From Opitutales bacterium (GTDB taxonomy: Bacteria; Verrucomicrobiota; Verrucomicrobiia; Opitutales; PNEW01), in NCBI GenBank assembly GCA_965197745.1, contig CBDANS010000007.1, forward strand, positions 992,001 to 1,056,000: a stretch of DNA of 64,000 nt, written 5' to 3'. The notes beneath the pieces are model-generated. The model saw only the letters and a program-made list of their open reading frames with translations. It was not told the DNA's origin and made no database searches. Position numbers and translations under genes: made by a program. The stretch's first letter is position 1. Every line of letters begins with the position of its first letter. Shown piece after piece: positions 1 through 9,992 of the stretch.

Positions 1-19
1 AGGATAATATTGAGCACTG

Positions 20-1114
20 GTGAATAAAATTTGGAACATCAAGCTGTTTCGTGTATTTGGCATTCAACTGGAATTACACCTTACTTTTCTTCTTCTTATC
101 CTCTATGTGGCCTATGAAGGGGGATCGGATGGCGGTTTAATTGGGGGAATCTGGAGCACTTTAATTATCATTCTCGTTTTTACCTGTGTGGTCTTGCATG
201 AACTAGGACACTGTCTGGCTGCACAGCACTACGGCGTGCGAATCCACCGTATCCTGCTTCTTCCCATCGGAGGAATGGCGCAATTTGGAAGTATTCCACG
301 ACAGCCGTTCAAAGAACTGGTCATCGCGCTCGCCGGCCCATTGGTCAATTTCATTATTGTCGGGTTGCTTTATTTAGTATCGGGATCTCCGGCGCGGCTT
401 TTGGATGGTGAAATTAATTACACCCTGTATGATCTCATGTCCCTCCTCTTTCTATTCAATCTGATCATGGGCTGTTTTAACCTTCTCCCCGTTTTTCCCA
501 TGGATGGGGGGCGAGTCCTGCGGGCTTTGCTGGCGATCAAATTCAGTTACCTCAAAGCGACAAAACTGGCCGTTTATGTTGCTAAACCTCTTGCTATAGT
601 TGGCATTATTTTAGGGATTTTTTATTTAAACAACTGGATCTTGGCCGCGGTGTTTGCCTTTATCTTTCTTGGCGGTGAAATTGAATACCGGATGGTTCGA
701 TTACGTGAATCTTTTCGTGGTTTCAGTGTTCGCGACCTCACTACCCGTCATTTTAATAGCCTCGATGTAAGGTGCCACATCGTCGACGCGATCAACATCA
801 TGCGTGAATCCCCGGGGCAGGATATTATTCTCATTGATGAAAGCGGTGTTCGTGGCATTGTTACACCCGATGCGGTAAGGAAGCAGGCACGCAAGAATCG
901 ATTTGATGAACCGCTTTACGAACATTGTATTCTCAACCCTGCCATGCTTCAGGCAGACTGGCCACTGGATCAGTTTTCAGAATTGATTTATCAGGCACAA
1001 CAAAACATCTTTCCCGTCCTCGATCGCGATGTTCTTATTGGGGTGGTCGACCGACGCAATCTCCAGGAAGCCGTCGTCTGGAAGAGAATTCGATTCGCGA
1101 GTAGGAATAACTGA
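20..1114 (+). CDS. Site-2 (M50 family) membrane zinc metalloprotease with C-terminal CBS-domain pair
   Basis: HELGH and NLLPVFPMDGGR motifs in a hydrophobic N-half; CBS-like C-terminal region; GTG start. Confidence 0.9.
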   Translation: MNKIWNIKLFRVFGIQLELHLTFLLLILYVAYEGGSDGGLIGGIWSTLIIILVFTCVVLHELGHCLAAQHYGVRIHRILLLPIGGMAQFGSIPRQPFKELVIALAGPLVNFIIVGLLYLVSGSPARLLDGEINYTLYDLMSLLFLFNLIMGCFNLLPVFPMDGGRVLRALLAIKFSYLKATKLAVYVAKPLAIVGIILGIFYLNNWILAAVFAFIFLGGEIEYRMVRLRESFRGFSVRDLTTRHFNSLDVRCHIVDAINIMRESPGQDIILIDESGVRGIVTPDAVRKQARKNRFDEPLYEHCILNPAMLQADWPLDQFSELIYQAQQNIFPVLDRDVLIGVVDRRNLQEAVVWKRIRFASRNN

Positions 1115-1294
1115 GAGCGTCAGAAATTGAAGGTCGAAAGGAAAAATAAATTAAGGTGTTAAGAAAAAAGTCAAAGGACGAATGTCAAAAGACGAAGGGT
1201 AGGGTTTTTAAAGATTAAAATCTTCGCTTAAATCTTGTTCTTCCTTTTGACATTATGACATTATGACTTTTTGACCTATAACGAATCTTTCACG

Positions 1295-2533
1295 ATGCTT
1301 AATGATCGCATAGTAATTACAGGAATTGGATTAACCGCGCCAAACGGCAATAATCTTGCTGAATTTCGAAAGAACCTGATTGAGGGCATTGCCCGTATTC
1401 AGAAGCTCGACATGCGATACATCGGGCCTGTAGCGGCGGGTGTGTGCGATTATGATTCCAGTAAGTACCAAAACCGCAAAGAGATACGAAATGGAACCCG
1501 GGCTGGCAGTATCGCTATCTACTGTGCCCGTGATGCCTTGGCTGATTGCGCCATAGAATGGGAGAAAGTAGATCGATCACGGGTGGGGATATATCTCGGG
1601 ATTACCGAACACGGGAACGTGGAGACCGAAAATGAGGTATATAATATTTCACAGTACGATTACGATACGCGGTTTTGGACGCATCACCATAATCCCCGGA
1701 CGGTGGCCAACAATCCCGCGGGTGAGGTATCAATGAATCTGAATATTACGGGGCCTCATTACACCATCGGGGCTGCCTGTGCCGCGGGCAATGCAGGGTT
1801 GATTCAGGGCTTACAGATGTTACGTCTGGGTGAGGTTGATTTTGCTTTCGCCGGAGGGGTAAGTGAAAGTATCCACACTTTCGGAATATTCGCCGGGTTT
1901 AAAAGCCAGGGCGCTCTCGCCCAACACGATGATCCCAACAAAGCGAGTCGACCTTTCGATATTGACCGCAATGGAATTGTTGTGAGTGAGGGGGGGTGCG
2001 TTTATACTTTAGAGCGTCTGGATGATGCTGAGAAACGGGGCGCAAAGATTATCGCAGAAATTGTTGGCTACGCCCTTAATTCGGATGCCAAAGACGCGGT
2101 GCTCCCGGACCCGGGCCAGCAGAGTATTTGCATCCGGGCATCAGTGAATAGAGCGAATCTGGCTCCATCAGAGATCGATATCGTTAGCACGCATGCAACC
2201 GCTACTCCCCAGGGTGATATTCATGAGTGTGAGGCGTTGCGGGATGTTTTTAAAGATTGTCCCAATACTTATATAAATAATACCAAAAGTTTCATTGGCC
2301 ATGCGATGGGAGCGGCTGGAGCATTGGAACTGGCAGGAAATATACCGGCCTTTGAAGACGGCATCGTTCATCCTTCAATAAACATCGATCACCTGGATGA
2401 GCAGTGCGCTTTGCCCAACTTAGTGATCAACGAACCGAAAAAACTCCCGGAAGTAAATACGATCCTTAACAATTCTTTTGGGATGCTGGGGATTAACTCT
2501 TCACTCGTCATTAAAAGATTTACAGAAGGCTAA
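1295..2533 (+). CDS. fabF: Beta-ketoacyl-ACP synthase II-like (FabF family)
   Basis: RIVITGIG N-terminus, AACAAG catalytic Cys, HAT and GHAMGAAG His residues, NSFG near the C-terminus; ATG at 1295 preferred over TTG at 1271. Confidence 0.9.
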   Translation: MLNDRIVITGIGLTAPNGNNLAEFRKNLIEGIARIQKLDMRYIGPVAAGVCDYDSSKYQNRKEIRNGTRAGSIAIYCARDALADCAIEWEKVDRSRVGIYLGITEHGNVETENEVYNISQYDYDTRFWTHHHNPRTVANNPAGEVSMNLNITGPHYTIGAACAAGNAGLIQGLQMLRLGEVDFAFAGGVSESIHTFGIFAGFKSQGALAQHDDPNKASRPFDIDRNGIVVSEGGCVYTLERLDDAEKRGAKIIAEIVGYALNSDAKDAVLPDPGQQSICIRASVNRANLAPSEIDIVSTHATATPQGDIHECEALRDVFKDCPNTYINNTKSFIGHAMGAAGALELAGNIPAFEDGIVHPSINIDHLDEQCALPNLVINEPKKLPEVNTILNNSFGMLGINSSLVIKRFTEG

Positions 2534-2557
2534 AAATTTTCTAAAAAGGCCTCATAT

Positions 2558-2815
2558 ATGACAAAAGAAGAGTGTAAGCAATTAGTCCTTGAGATCATTG
2601 CGGATATCGCTCCAGATGAAGATCTTAGCGTTGTCAGACCGGATCTGGCACTCCGTGATCAACTGGAACTCGACTCCATGGATTTTCTTGATATTGTGAT
2701 GGAACTTCGCAAGAAGCACGGAATCGAAGTGCCGGAAGAAGAATATCCTCAATTGGAATCTCTGGACAGCAGCGCAGAATACTTAACACCTAAGTTTAAT
2801 GCCGTTGAAGCCTAA
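2558..2815 (+). CDS. Acyl carrier protein (specialised, cluster-associated)
   Basis: 85 aa acidic protein with LDSMD phosphopantetheine serine motif, directly after fabF. Confidence 0.9.
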   Translation: MTKEECKQLVLEIIADIAPDEDLSVVRPDLALRDQLELDSMDFLDIVMELRKKHGIEVPEEEYPQLESLDSSAEYLTPKFNAVEA

Positions 2816-2838
2816 GCTCGCACTAGCGCACAGGCCAT

Positions 2839-4272
2839 TTGGACTTATCACCTCACGATCATTTTGACACGGTAATTATTGGCGCCGGCATGTCGGGGCT
2901 GGCCGCTGGAATTCGTCTGGCCCACTTCGGAAGAAATGTGGTCATTCTTGAGCGCCATAATGTAACGGGCGGATTGAATAGTTTTTACAGTTTTGACGGA
3001 AGAAAGTTCGACGTCGGTTTACATGCTGTAACCAATTATGTGCGACCGGGAATAAAGGGGACCCCCCTCGTAAAATTATTCAGACAATTAAGAATTGATC
3101 GAAAGGAATTTGATCTCAGTGAACAGAAAGGATCGAAAGTAGCATTTCCCGGTGTAGATCTGCGTTTCACCAACGATTTTGAGGTCTTTGAATCCGAGGT
3201 GGCCCGCGCTTTTCCCAAACAGATCGATAATTTCCAATCATTTCTCAAGCTTATCCGCGAGTATAATGAGCTCGACCTGGAAAAACCGGAGCAGTCAGCA
3301 AGGAAGGTCACAGCCCAATATATTACCGATCCGGTTCTCGAAGACATGATTTACTGCCCCGTAATGTATTATGGGAGTTCCCGGGAAAATGACATGGATT
3401 TTGGTCAGTTTGTGATCATGTTTAAATCGCTATTTTTCGAGGGCTTTGCCCGGCCCTACGACGGCGTGCGAAAAATTATACGAACACTTAATACCAAGTA
3501 CCGTTCACTGGGAGGTCTTCGTAAGATGAAGTGCGGTGTTAAGAAGATTATATGCCGTAATGGTCGCGCTAAGGAGTTAATTTTAGATAATGGAGTGAAT
3601 ATTACCGCTGATCATATTCTTTCATCAATCGGGCTGGTAGAGACGATGCGTTTATGTGATGACCAGGAAGAGGATACCCAGGAAATAAACATTGGGAGTT
3701 TGTCCTTTGTTGAAACGATTAATATATTAGACAGGCAGCCACGGCAGGTGGGATGGGATGATACCATCATCTTTTTTAACGACTGGGATCGATTCGACTA
3801 CGCTCGGCCGGATGAACTCGTTGATCCTCGCAGCGGTGTTATCTGTTTTCCCAATAATTACCACTATGCTGAGGGGAAAGAACTCGGTGAAGGTGTATTT
3901 CGAGTTACCGCACTTGCAAATTATCAGCGATGGACCTCGCTACCCGAAGAAGAGTATCAGGAACAGAAAAAGCTTTGGCATCCCAGGTTGGCTGATAAAG
4001 CTTTGAGTTTTCTCAATCCGTTAAAAAAACAGACATTGGAGGATATGACGGTGTATGTGGATATGTTCACACCGCGCACAGTTAAGAAATATACCGGTCA
4101 TCTGGGTGGCGCGGTTTACGGTGCAGCGCATAAAAGCAGAAATGGCATTACCCATTTGGAAAATTTATATCTATGTGGAACCGACCAGGGATTTCTCGGA
4201 ATTATCGGAGCCATGCTCAGTGGGATATCCATGGCTAATTACCATATTCTCAAAAAAGAAGCATCGAGATGA
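2839..4272 (+). CDS. FAD-dependent oxidoreductase, phytoene desaturase (CrtI)-like superfamily
   Basis: GAGMSG Rossmann motif, FDVG, TPRT...YTG...GAVYG, NLYLCG..QGFLGI.GAM.SG C-terminal pattern. Confidence 0.85.
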   Translation: MDLSPHDHFDTVIIGAGMSGLAAGIRLAHFGRNVVILERHNVTGGLNSFYSFDGRKFDVGLHAVTNYVRPGIKGTPLVKLFRQLRIDRKEFDLSEQKGSKVAFPGVDLRFTNDFEVFESEVARAFPKQIDNFQSFLKLIREYNELDLEKPEQSARKVTAQYITDPVLEDMIYCPVMYYGSSRENDMDFGQFVIMFKSLFFEGFARPYDGVRKIIRTLNTKYRSLGGLRKMKCGVKKIICRNGRAKELILDNGVNITADHILSSIGLVETMRLCDDQEEDTQEINIGSLSFVETINILDRQPRQVGWDDTIIFFNDWDRFDYARPDELVDPRSGVICFPNNYHYAEGKELGEGVFRVTALANYQRWTSLPEEEYQEQKKLWHPRLADKALSFLNPLKKQTLEDMTVYVDMFTPRTVKKYTGHLGGAVYGAAHKSRNGITHLENLYLCGTDQGFLGIIGAMLSGISMANYHILKKEASR

Positions 4273-4291
4273 AAAAAATAAAATATTTTTT

Positions 4292-4390
4292 CGTGTTAAG
4301 ATTTAGGTTTTAGGTGTTATGTAAAGAGTCGAAGTTGAGATTAATTCAATTTAGCTCTTCGCCTAACACTTAAAACATAAAACCTAACAC
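4292..4390. repeat. Inverted pair of heptamer tandem repeats (GTTTTAG/GTGTTAA then CTAAAAC/TTAACAC)
   Basis: Same arrangement at 13722-13866, 28746-28810 and 31376-31492. Confidence 0.75.
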
Positions 4391-4407
4391 ATTGCGTAAG
4401 CAATCAA

Positions 4408-4515
4408 ATGCCCGACGAAGATACAAAGATTAAGAAACCCTGGCCAATGTCATGGGTTATTATCTCCATCCTCGTTTATATTCTCCTGCAAACCTTATAT
4501 ATTATTTTCTCGTAA
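4408..4515 (+). CDS. Putative small single-pass membrane protein (35 aa), not in the ORF track
   Basis: Translated by eye: MPDEDTKIKKPWPMSWVIISILVYILLQTLYIIFS*, a charged N-terminus followed by one hydrophobic helix. Confidence 0.45.
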   Translation: MPDEDTKIKKPWPMSWVIISILVYILLQTLYIIFS

Positions 4516-4649
4516 ACTGTTTGGGAAGGAAGGATTGGATGACTGGAAAATTGGATTACGATAATTCATCCTACATCTAAAAATAGCTTAGCGATTATAA
4601 CTGATTGTCGCTGCTACTTTACATAACTGGGAAATTATTCTAATTTACC

Positions 4650-4952
4650 ATGATGGAAATCATGTCTCAGGCAGCGAAGACAACCCCAATCAAACTTTCA
4701 GAGACGAAAATAGAATTGGATAAGATCTGGAATGTGGTCGTTTTAAACGATCCGGTGAATTTAATGTCCTATGTAGTCATAGTATTTAAAAAAGTGTTCG
4801 GTTTTAATCATGAAAAAGCCCGCAAGCATATGCTGGAAGTTCATGAAAACGGACGATCCCTTCTTTGGAGCGGCCCGAAGGAAAAAGCCGAAGCTTATAC
4901 TCACACTTTACAGAAATGGCAATTAACCGCAATTTTGGAACAGAATGGTTAA
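4650..4952 (+). CDS. clpS: ATP-dependent Clp protease adaptor ClpS
   Basis: VVVLNDPVNLMSYV...MLEVHENG pattern of ClpS. Confidence 0.88.
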   Translation: MMEIMSQAAKTTPIKLSETKIELDKIWNVVVLNDPVNLMSYVVIVFKKVFGFNHEKARKHMLEVHENGRSLLWSGPKEKAEAYTHTLQKWQLTAILEQNG

Positions 4953-5406
4953 TTTAAGTCTGATTATTGATCATCATCTCATCGTCTCAATGCTTGAGAT
5001 GGTTAAAGCGGCCACAGATTCACTGAGTGGGCATCTCGCCGTGGAACCGCAGATGCCAGACGATGATGATGAATTGAAGGTGGCTTGGCAGGATGATTTA
5101 AGAGAAGCTCTGCATGACGATATCGATTATCTATTAACTGTTTTACGCGATGAACAGTTCGGTAATGGTAATATGGTTATGGAAGAAGGGGTAGCTGAGT
5201 CCATTTTGCGAGCATGTTCAGCGATACGGTTAAAACTTCGAGAATCAGCCCTCATAAAAATTACGGACCATCAGTTAGAAAATGCGGAAGTAGATATCCT
5301 ATCCCTTCCTTTGGAAATGCAGCACTGTTATGCCTGTTATTTATTTCTCGCCAGCCTCCAATCACTGATTCTAAAGGAATTAGATCCTTCCTGTGAGGAT
5401 TTTTGA
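4945..5406 (+). CDS. Acidic hypothetical protein (DUF2017-like), coupled to clpS
   Basis: Overlaps the clpS stop; the ...IRL.L...Y.FLA.LQ..IL pattern and this context are typical of DUF2017 proteins. Confidence 0.6.
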   Translation: MVNLSLIIDHHLIVSMLEMVKAATDSLSGHLAVEPQMPDDDDELKVAWQDDLREALHDDIDYLLTVLRDEQFGNGNMVMEEGVAESILRACSAIRLKLRESALIKITDHQLENAEVDILSLPLEMQHCYACYLFLASLQSLILKELDPSCEDF

Positions 5407-5419
5407 AACTGAGCGGTCG

Positions 5420-6025
5420 GTGGAAGAAGTGAACAGTGAACAGTGGAAGGATGGATGGATGGGTGAGAATGATGTCAGATTTAATCTTCGTTTTCGCTTG
5501 CCACGGCGTAGTCCCGCAATCGCGGGGCGAAGACGGGTCTGCCTACTCGTCTTCATCCTTGATTAAGAATAGCCATCAGCCGTCGTCCCGCGGTGACGGG
5601 ACTATGGCCGACAGGCAAAATTCACAAAATAGGAATTTGAGTATAATATTTTATTCTAATTATCTACCTATTGCATAATCGTACTACTAAGCGGACGCGA
5701 CGAAGCGCGTCCCTCCAGAAAAATAAAAATGGAGGGCCACGCTCCGTCGTGGCCGCCTGGAAGTTTGAACGAAAATCTCAGATCTATCCTCCGCCAAATA
5801 ATATGAGATAATCGGTATATCTCTTTGTCTTCGTCTGCCTCTGTCTCTTCATCCTAGATTAAGATATCCAACACCCGTCGCTCCGCAACTGTTTGGCTAT
5901 GGCTGACAGGCATTGCGCGTCCCTCCCTTTTTATTCTCTTGTTTTAAATATAATAACAACGGCCACGCGTTGCCGTGGCCTAAAATTTATTATTTAAATG
6001 ACGCAGACGAAAACGAAGACAATGC
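5420..6025. repeat. Mosaic intergenic repeat island
   Basis: GAACAGT repeats, family A (5497-5536), family B (5577-5615, 5872-5910), family C inverted pair (5691-5756) and GACGAA repeats. Confidence 0.85.
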
Positions 6026-6048
6026 CTTAGTTTAAAAAGGATTGAGCG

Positions 6049-6077
6049 TTGACGGGGGTGACCGATGTGTATTTATT
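6049..6077 (+). promoter_or_regulatory. Probable sigma70 promoter of the 6S RNA
   Basis: TTGACG at 6049-6054 and an AT-rich TGTGTATTTATT -10 region just upstream of the predicted RNA 5' end. Confidence 0.5.
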
Positions 6078-6083
6078 AAGCAC

Positions 6084-6268
6084 AACCCTGCTGTGTACGA
6101 AGAATTAAATAAACACTCTTATCCAATTAAGATTCTCCTTAAACGGGAGCTCGACCTGAGGGAGTAGCTGTCAAGCCGTAAACCGGAAGACAAAAGCTGC
6201 CTCAAGAGCACCCACCTGAACATAAACAGGTATCAGAGTTTTTTAATCGCTTCGGCACAAGTGGGGCT
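6084..6268 (+). ncRNA. ssrS: 6S RNA
   Basis: About 185 nt; 5' AACCCTGCTGTGTACGAAG..ATTAAA pairs with 3' TTTAATCGCTTCGGCACAAGTGGGG; internal GGGAGC, CACCCACCTG and GGCACAA.TGGG blocks resemble Bacillus-type 6S RNA; followed by a T-tract. Confidence 0.8.
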
Positions 6269-6369
6269 CTTTTTTTGGGGGAGTCGAAAGTCTAAGGTCT
6301 AAGGTCGAAAGCGGGGTATTGGATGAAAAGGAAGACCTTTGACTTTCGACCTTCGACTCTTCCCTTACA

Positions 6370-7209
6370 TCAATACCCGAACAACTGGATTTTCCATTTT
6401 TTTGCTTGGGCGAGGACGCGGTCTTTTTCGAGGATGATCGTGGCTTCGGCTTGAAGGGCGGCGATATCGATATTTGCTTCACGCATTACCTCCAGGGTTT
6501 TAATTCCGAAGACGGGGACATCAAAACGAAAGTCCTGATTTGATTTTACGGATTTAATAAAAATAAGGGGATGTGTCTCAAAGTTACCTGCGCGTTTCAA
6601 CATAGCATCAGTACCTTCAAATGCTTCCACCGCTATCACTGTGCCCTTGCGAACAACCACACTTTGCCCGATGTCTAACCGAGCGACTTCTTTGGCAATT
6701 TTTATTCCGTGCTCAATGTATTCCTTTTTGACTCTGAGTTTGCCGCCGGTCATAAGGCCTGATTGTGCAAGATCGTGATCGAGAAAGGCGCGCGCATCCA
6801 GCATCTGCACGCCAATATTACCTATATCATTGCAAATGGCTCCGAATATGGTTTCCGCGTTCCGTTCAGTGAGAGAAGAGAGTAATTTTATAGCTTTAAT
6901 ATCCGGGTGCAATCCGTGAAAAAGACGACGTGGTGTTATCTGTCCAACCATCATGGCATAGCCCGCGCGAAATTTATTTATATGTTTCAGCATCTTCCCC
7001 AATTGGCCCACCTTGATTACTTCGACCTCCTGAGGAGGAAAAGAATCAATGACCTCAGGCATTGTCTCTCCCTCGAATGCTATAAGGCGTAAGGGAATAT
7101 TTTTTTCTCGAGCAGCGGCGATTGTTCGCTGAGGGTATGTGTCCTTACCAGCGATAAGAGCAAGAGAACGGGAAGGGTCAAAATCTTCTGGAAGAAACTT
7201 GGAGAGCAC
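6370..7209 (-). CDS. lpxI: UDP-2,3-diacylglucosamine diphosphatase LpxI (DUF1009)
   Basis: LALIAG, LDIGQSVVV, AVEAFEGTDAML and QDFRFDVPVFG motifs. Confidence 0.92.
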   Translation of the reverse strand: MLSKFLPEDFDPSRSLALIAGKDTYPQRTIAAAREKNIPLRLIAFEGETMPEVIDSFPPQEVEVIKVGQLGKMLKHINKFRAGYAMMVGQITPRRLFHGLHPDIKAIKLLSSLTERNAETIFGAICNDIGNIGVQMLDARAFLDHDLAQSGLMTGGKLRVKKEYIEHGIKIAKEVARLDIGQSVVVRKGTVIAVEAFEGTDAMLKRAGNFETHPLIFIKSVKSNQDFRFDVPVFGIKTLEVMREANIDIAALQAEATIILEKDRVLAQAKKWKIQLFGY

Positions 7210-7226
7210 GAATAGAAAAAAGGGTT

Positions 7227-9824
7227 TTAATTAGCGACAATGTTAAGAATTTTTCCGGGAACAAAGACAACTTTTCTCAAGTTTTTCCCCTCGAGATGAG
7301 AAGCCACTTTCGGATCTGTTTTAGCGATGGTTAAAACATGCTCTTCATTGGCGTCAACGGGGACCATTGCTTCCCCCCGCATTTTCCCATTTACCTGGAA
7401 GATAATTTTCACCTCCTCGGTCACCAGTTTCGTTTCATTATATTCAGGCCAGGGCGCTGCTGTAACCGAAGGGGTACCGCCCAGTCGCTCCCATAGCTCT
7501 TCGGCTAAATGAGGGGCAAAGGGTGCCAGCAGTTGAGTAAATATTTTAACTGTGGATAAACTGGCGGTCTCACATTTTTGTAAATGGTTAGAAAAAATCA
7601 TCAATTGCGAGATCGCGGTATTGAAATGCAGACCCCCTATATCTTCAGTAACTTTTTTTATAGTCTGATGGAGAAGCAGCTCGGTCTCGGAACCGTCAGT
7701 TGTATCCTCCTTAATCTTATTTTGTAAATTACCGGAGCGATCTATGAGTTCACGCCACACCCGCCGCAAAAATCGCTGGACACCTTCGATCCCATGCGTG
7801 CTCCAGGGTTTCATTGCTTCCAAGGGCCCCATGAACATTTCATAAAGCCGTAAGGAGTCCGCTCCGAGTTTATCAATGACCACATTGGGGTTAATTACAT
7901 TGCCTCGGCTTTTGCTCATTTTATTTCCATCTTCTCCAAGGATCATTCCCTGGTGAAATAAACGAGGGAAAGGTTCCGGTTCTTTAACTACACCAATTTC
8001 ATAGAGAAATTGATGCCAGAACCGAGCGTATAGCAGATGCAATACAGCATGTTCAGCGCCCCCTATGTAATAGTCAGGTGATTTCCAGTAATCATCGATT
8101 TTCGGGTCGATGAGTTTCTTATCATTGTTCGGGTCGCAATAACGCAAGTAATACCAGCATGATCCAGCCCATTGCGGCATGGTGTTGGTTTCACGCGATG
8201 CCGGCACCCAGTAATCTCCCGCGGGTTTTTCATGGGCAGTCGAAGTCGTCTCACCGGTTTCCAGATTGAACCATACTTCGACCCATTCTCTCCTGTTTGC
8301 CAATGGGCTTTCGCCCGTATCCGATGGATGAAATGACTCCACATCCGGCAAAAGGAGCGGAAGTTGCGAATCGGGAATGGGGAGCGCGAATCGTGGTATG
8401 CCATCAACTTCATAACTGACGGGATCTTCTGGTATGAATGCTGATACAGCGCTCCTGGTCAAACTGACAGCCGTTTCATAATCTTCCTTTTCAACCCACA
8501 CGATAGGGATAGGTTCGCCCCAGTAACGCTGACGTGAAAATAACCAATCGCGCAATTTATAATTAATGGCTGCTTTTCCACAGTTAGATTTTTCCAGATC
8601 TTTAATGATCTTCCCTTTCCCCATCAACGAATCCAATCCTGAATAATCACCGGAATTAATCATCTTACCGTCGCCCATGTAGGGCAGGATATCATGCTTG
8701 TCATTTCCGGTCTCATCCTCCTGTTCAATTACCTGTACGATAGGCAGTTTGAATTGCTGAGCGAATTCGTAATCGCGTTCATCATGTGCGGGAACCGCCA
8801 TAATCGCACCCGTGCCGTAACTCATTAAAACATAGTCAGCGATCCATATGGGCAGCTTTTCATTATTAACAGGGTTGATGGCATAACTTCCGGTAAAGAC
8901 ACCGGTTTTTTCTTTAGAAAGATCGGTACGGTCCAAATCGCTTTTTTTCGCAGCCGCTTTAATATATGCCAGGACCGGTTCACTGAATTCAGGCATTGTC
9001 AAATTACCAACCAGGGGGTGTTCGGGTGATAACACCATATAGGTAGCGCCAAATAGCGTGTCCGGTCGGGTCGTAAAAATTTGCAATTTTTCATTGGAAT
9101 TAGCATTGAGGTCAAAGACAACCTCAGCCCCCTCTGACCGGCCGATCCAGGCAATTTGCTGACGCTTGGTTGAATCAGGCCAGTCGACATTATTTAATCC
9201 CTCGAGAAGTTTTTCGGCATAAGCAGTGATACGAAGCACGATTTGTCGGAAATTGCGACGTTCGCACGGATGACCCCCCCTCTCTGAACGACCGTCGATT
9301 ACCTCTTCGTTGGCAAGAACGGCTTGCAAATTCGGGCACCACCATATGGGGCGCTCGTCACTGTAGGCCAAGCCGTGTTTGAACAGATGAAGAAATATCC
9401 ATTGAGTCCACTTATAATAGCCAGGGTCGGTAGTGTTTATTTCACGATCCCAGTCGATGGCAAACCCGATTCGATTTATTTGCTGACGAAAGTTTTCGAT
9501 ATTCAACCGCGTCGTTTCACGGGGGTGGGTACCCGAAGAAATCGCGTATTGTTCAGCAGGCAGCCCAAAAGCATCCCAGCCCATAGGATGGAGGACGTTG
9601 TATCCCGACGCTTTTTTGTAGCGGGCAACGATATCAGTAGCGATCCAACCTTCCGGGTGTCCAATGTGCAATCCTTCACCTGAAGGGTAGGGGAACATAT
9701 CGAAAATATAATACTTCGGTTTGTCTGAAAAATCTTCAGCTCGGAATGTTTTATTTCTGAACCAATAATTTTGCCAGTGAGCGTCGATCTTTTTGAAATC
9801 GTAATCTGTGCATTGAGTTGCCAT
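7227..9824 (-). CDS. leuS: Leucine--tRNA ligase
   Basis: MFPYPSG.GLHIGH and KMSKS class I motifs, TTRPDT editing domain. Confidence 0.98.
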   Translation of the reverse strand: MATQCTDYDFKKIDAHWQNYWFRNKTFRAEDFSDKPKYYIFDMFPYPSGEGLHIGHPEGWIATDIVARYKKASGYNVLHPMGWDAFGLPAEQYAISSGTHPRETTRLNIENFRQQINRIGFAIDWDREINTTDPGYYKWTQWIFLHLFKHGLAYSDERPIWWCPNLQAVLANEEVIDGRSERGGHPCERRNFRQIVLRITAYAEKLLEGLNNVDWPDSTKRQQIAWIGRSEGAEVVFDLNANSNEKLQIFTTRPDTLFGATYMVLSPEHPLVGNLTMPEFSEPVLAYIKAAAKKSDLDRTDLSKEKTGVFTGSYAINPVNNEKLPIWIADYVLMSYGTGAIMAVPAHDERDYEFAQQFKLPIVQVIEQEDETGNDKHDILPYMGDGKMINSGDYSGLDSLMGKGKIIKDLEKSNCGKAAINYKLRDWLFSRQRYWGEPIPIVWVEKEDYETAVSLTRSAVSAFIPEDPVSYEVDGIPRFALPIPDSQLPLLLPDVESFHPSDTGESPLANRREWVEVWFNLETGETTSTAHEKPAGDYWVPASRETNTMPQWAGSCWYYLRYCDPNNDKKLIDPKIDDYWKSPDYYIGGAEHAVLHLLYARFWHQFLYEIGVVKEPEPFPRLFHQGMILGEDGNKMSKSRGNVINPNVVIDKLGADSLRLYEMFMGPLEAMKPWSTHGIEGVQRFLRRVWRELIDRSGNLQNKIKEDTTDGSETELLLHQTIKKVTEDIGGLHFNTAISQLMIFSNHLQKCETASLSTVKIFTQLLAPFAPHLAEELWERLGGTPSVTAAPWPEYNETKLVTEEVKIIFQVNGKMRGEAMVPVDANEEHVLTIAKTDPKVASHLEGKNLRKVVFVPGKILNIVAN

Positions 9825-9992
9825 GGGAATAAGTCAAAAAGTCAAAAAGTTCAAAAGGAAATGCGAATTCACAATTATGCGTAATTGCGTTTATGTGATG
9901 ATGCGAAGTAATTGATGTTAATACCGCATACCCTCTTATCCGCATACACGCCTATCCTTTTACCGACCATTCATTTCAATCGTTAGTTATTA

